A DNA stretch of 59,988 nucleotides. Source: Anaerolineae bacterium (GTDB lineage: Bacteria > Chloroflexota > Anaerolineae > B4-G1 > DUEL01). Location of the stretch: assembly GCA_041082215.1 (NCBI GenBank), contig JBDOIF010000148.1, forward strand, positions 1 to 59,988, read 5' to 3'. Positions within the stretch are counted from its first letter, which is position 1, and each line of letters begins with the position of its first letter. The translations under genes and the position numbers were made by a program. The notes beneath the pieces are model-generated. The model was not told the origin of the DNA and searched no databases. It was given only the letters and a program-made list of their open reading frames with translations. This document shows positions 59,812 to 59,988 of the stretch, piece after piece.

Positions 59812-59988
59812 TTGGAAGTAGGGAACGTTCGTCAGATCGCGATCGAGCAGGAGATGCGCAGCGCCTATCTGGACTATGCGATGAGCGTCATTGTGGCGCG
59901 GGCGCTGCCGGACGCGCGGGACGGGCTGAAGCCGGTTCAGCGGCGGATTCTGTATGCCATGCACGAGCTGGGGTTGCGGCCGGATGCT
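59812..59988 (+). CDS. gyrA: DNA gyrase subunit A, 5' fragment
   Basis: TTG start, then [37 protein letters not shown]. Runs off the window. Confidence 0.93.
   Translation, partial: MEVGNVRQIAIEQEMRSAYLDYAMSVIVARALPDARDGLKPVQRRILYAMHELGLRPDA

Overview
High-GC bacterial chromosomal window, probably an anaerobic Chloroflexota (Anaerolineae-like). This taxonomy is inferred from the YLPLV motif, the SCO1664-family gene, the 2M-type complex I and the EDPR-type MurE. In order, the window holds: (1) a 12-kb + strand acyl-CoA/lipid catabolism cluster; (2) a - strand operon ltaE / OppB-like permease / OppC-like permease fused to a catalytically degenerate PA-M28 domain / TolB-like propeller / 1.6k-aa tandem M28-gluzincin peptidase, with no ATPase or solute-binding protein; (3) yjbQ and a GT-C glycosyltransferase; (4) four tRNAs, then a Leu-type T-box separated from leuS by three unrelated genes; (5) leuS with a ~110-aa insertion and two in-frame REP-like hairpins; (6) an emfourin-like lipoprotein convergent with an M4 protease; (7) an ECF sigma/anti-sigma envelope module and murE; (8) an operon made almost only of membrane sectors, nuoA-H-J-K-L-M1-(MNT/HEPN TA)-M2-N-atpZ-B-E-F/delta, lacking nuoBCDI(EFG) and atpAGDC; (9) an M3/M2-type peptidase, CoA-transferase A/B, a SCO1664 kinase-like gene and the start of gyrA. 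Intergenic spaces carry many short 7/8/9-mer palindromic repeats, GTAG-type REPs and one MITE-like element with a target-site duplication. No CRISPR array, rRNA or transposase was seen. The best candidates for an undescribed system are the permease/pseudo-peptidase module and the membrane-only nuo-atp operon. All family assignments come from motif recognition; no database searches were run.
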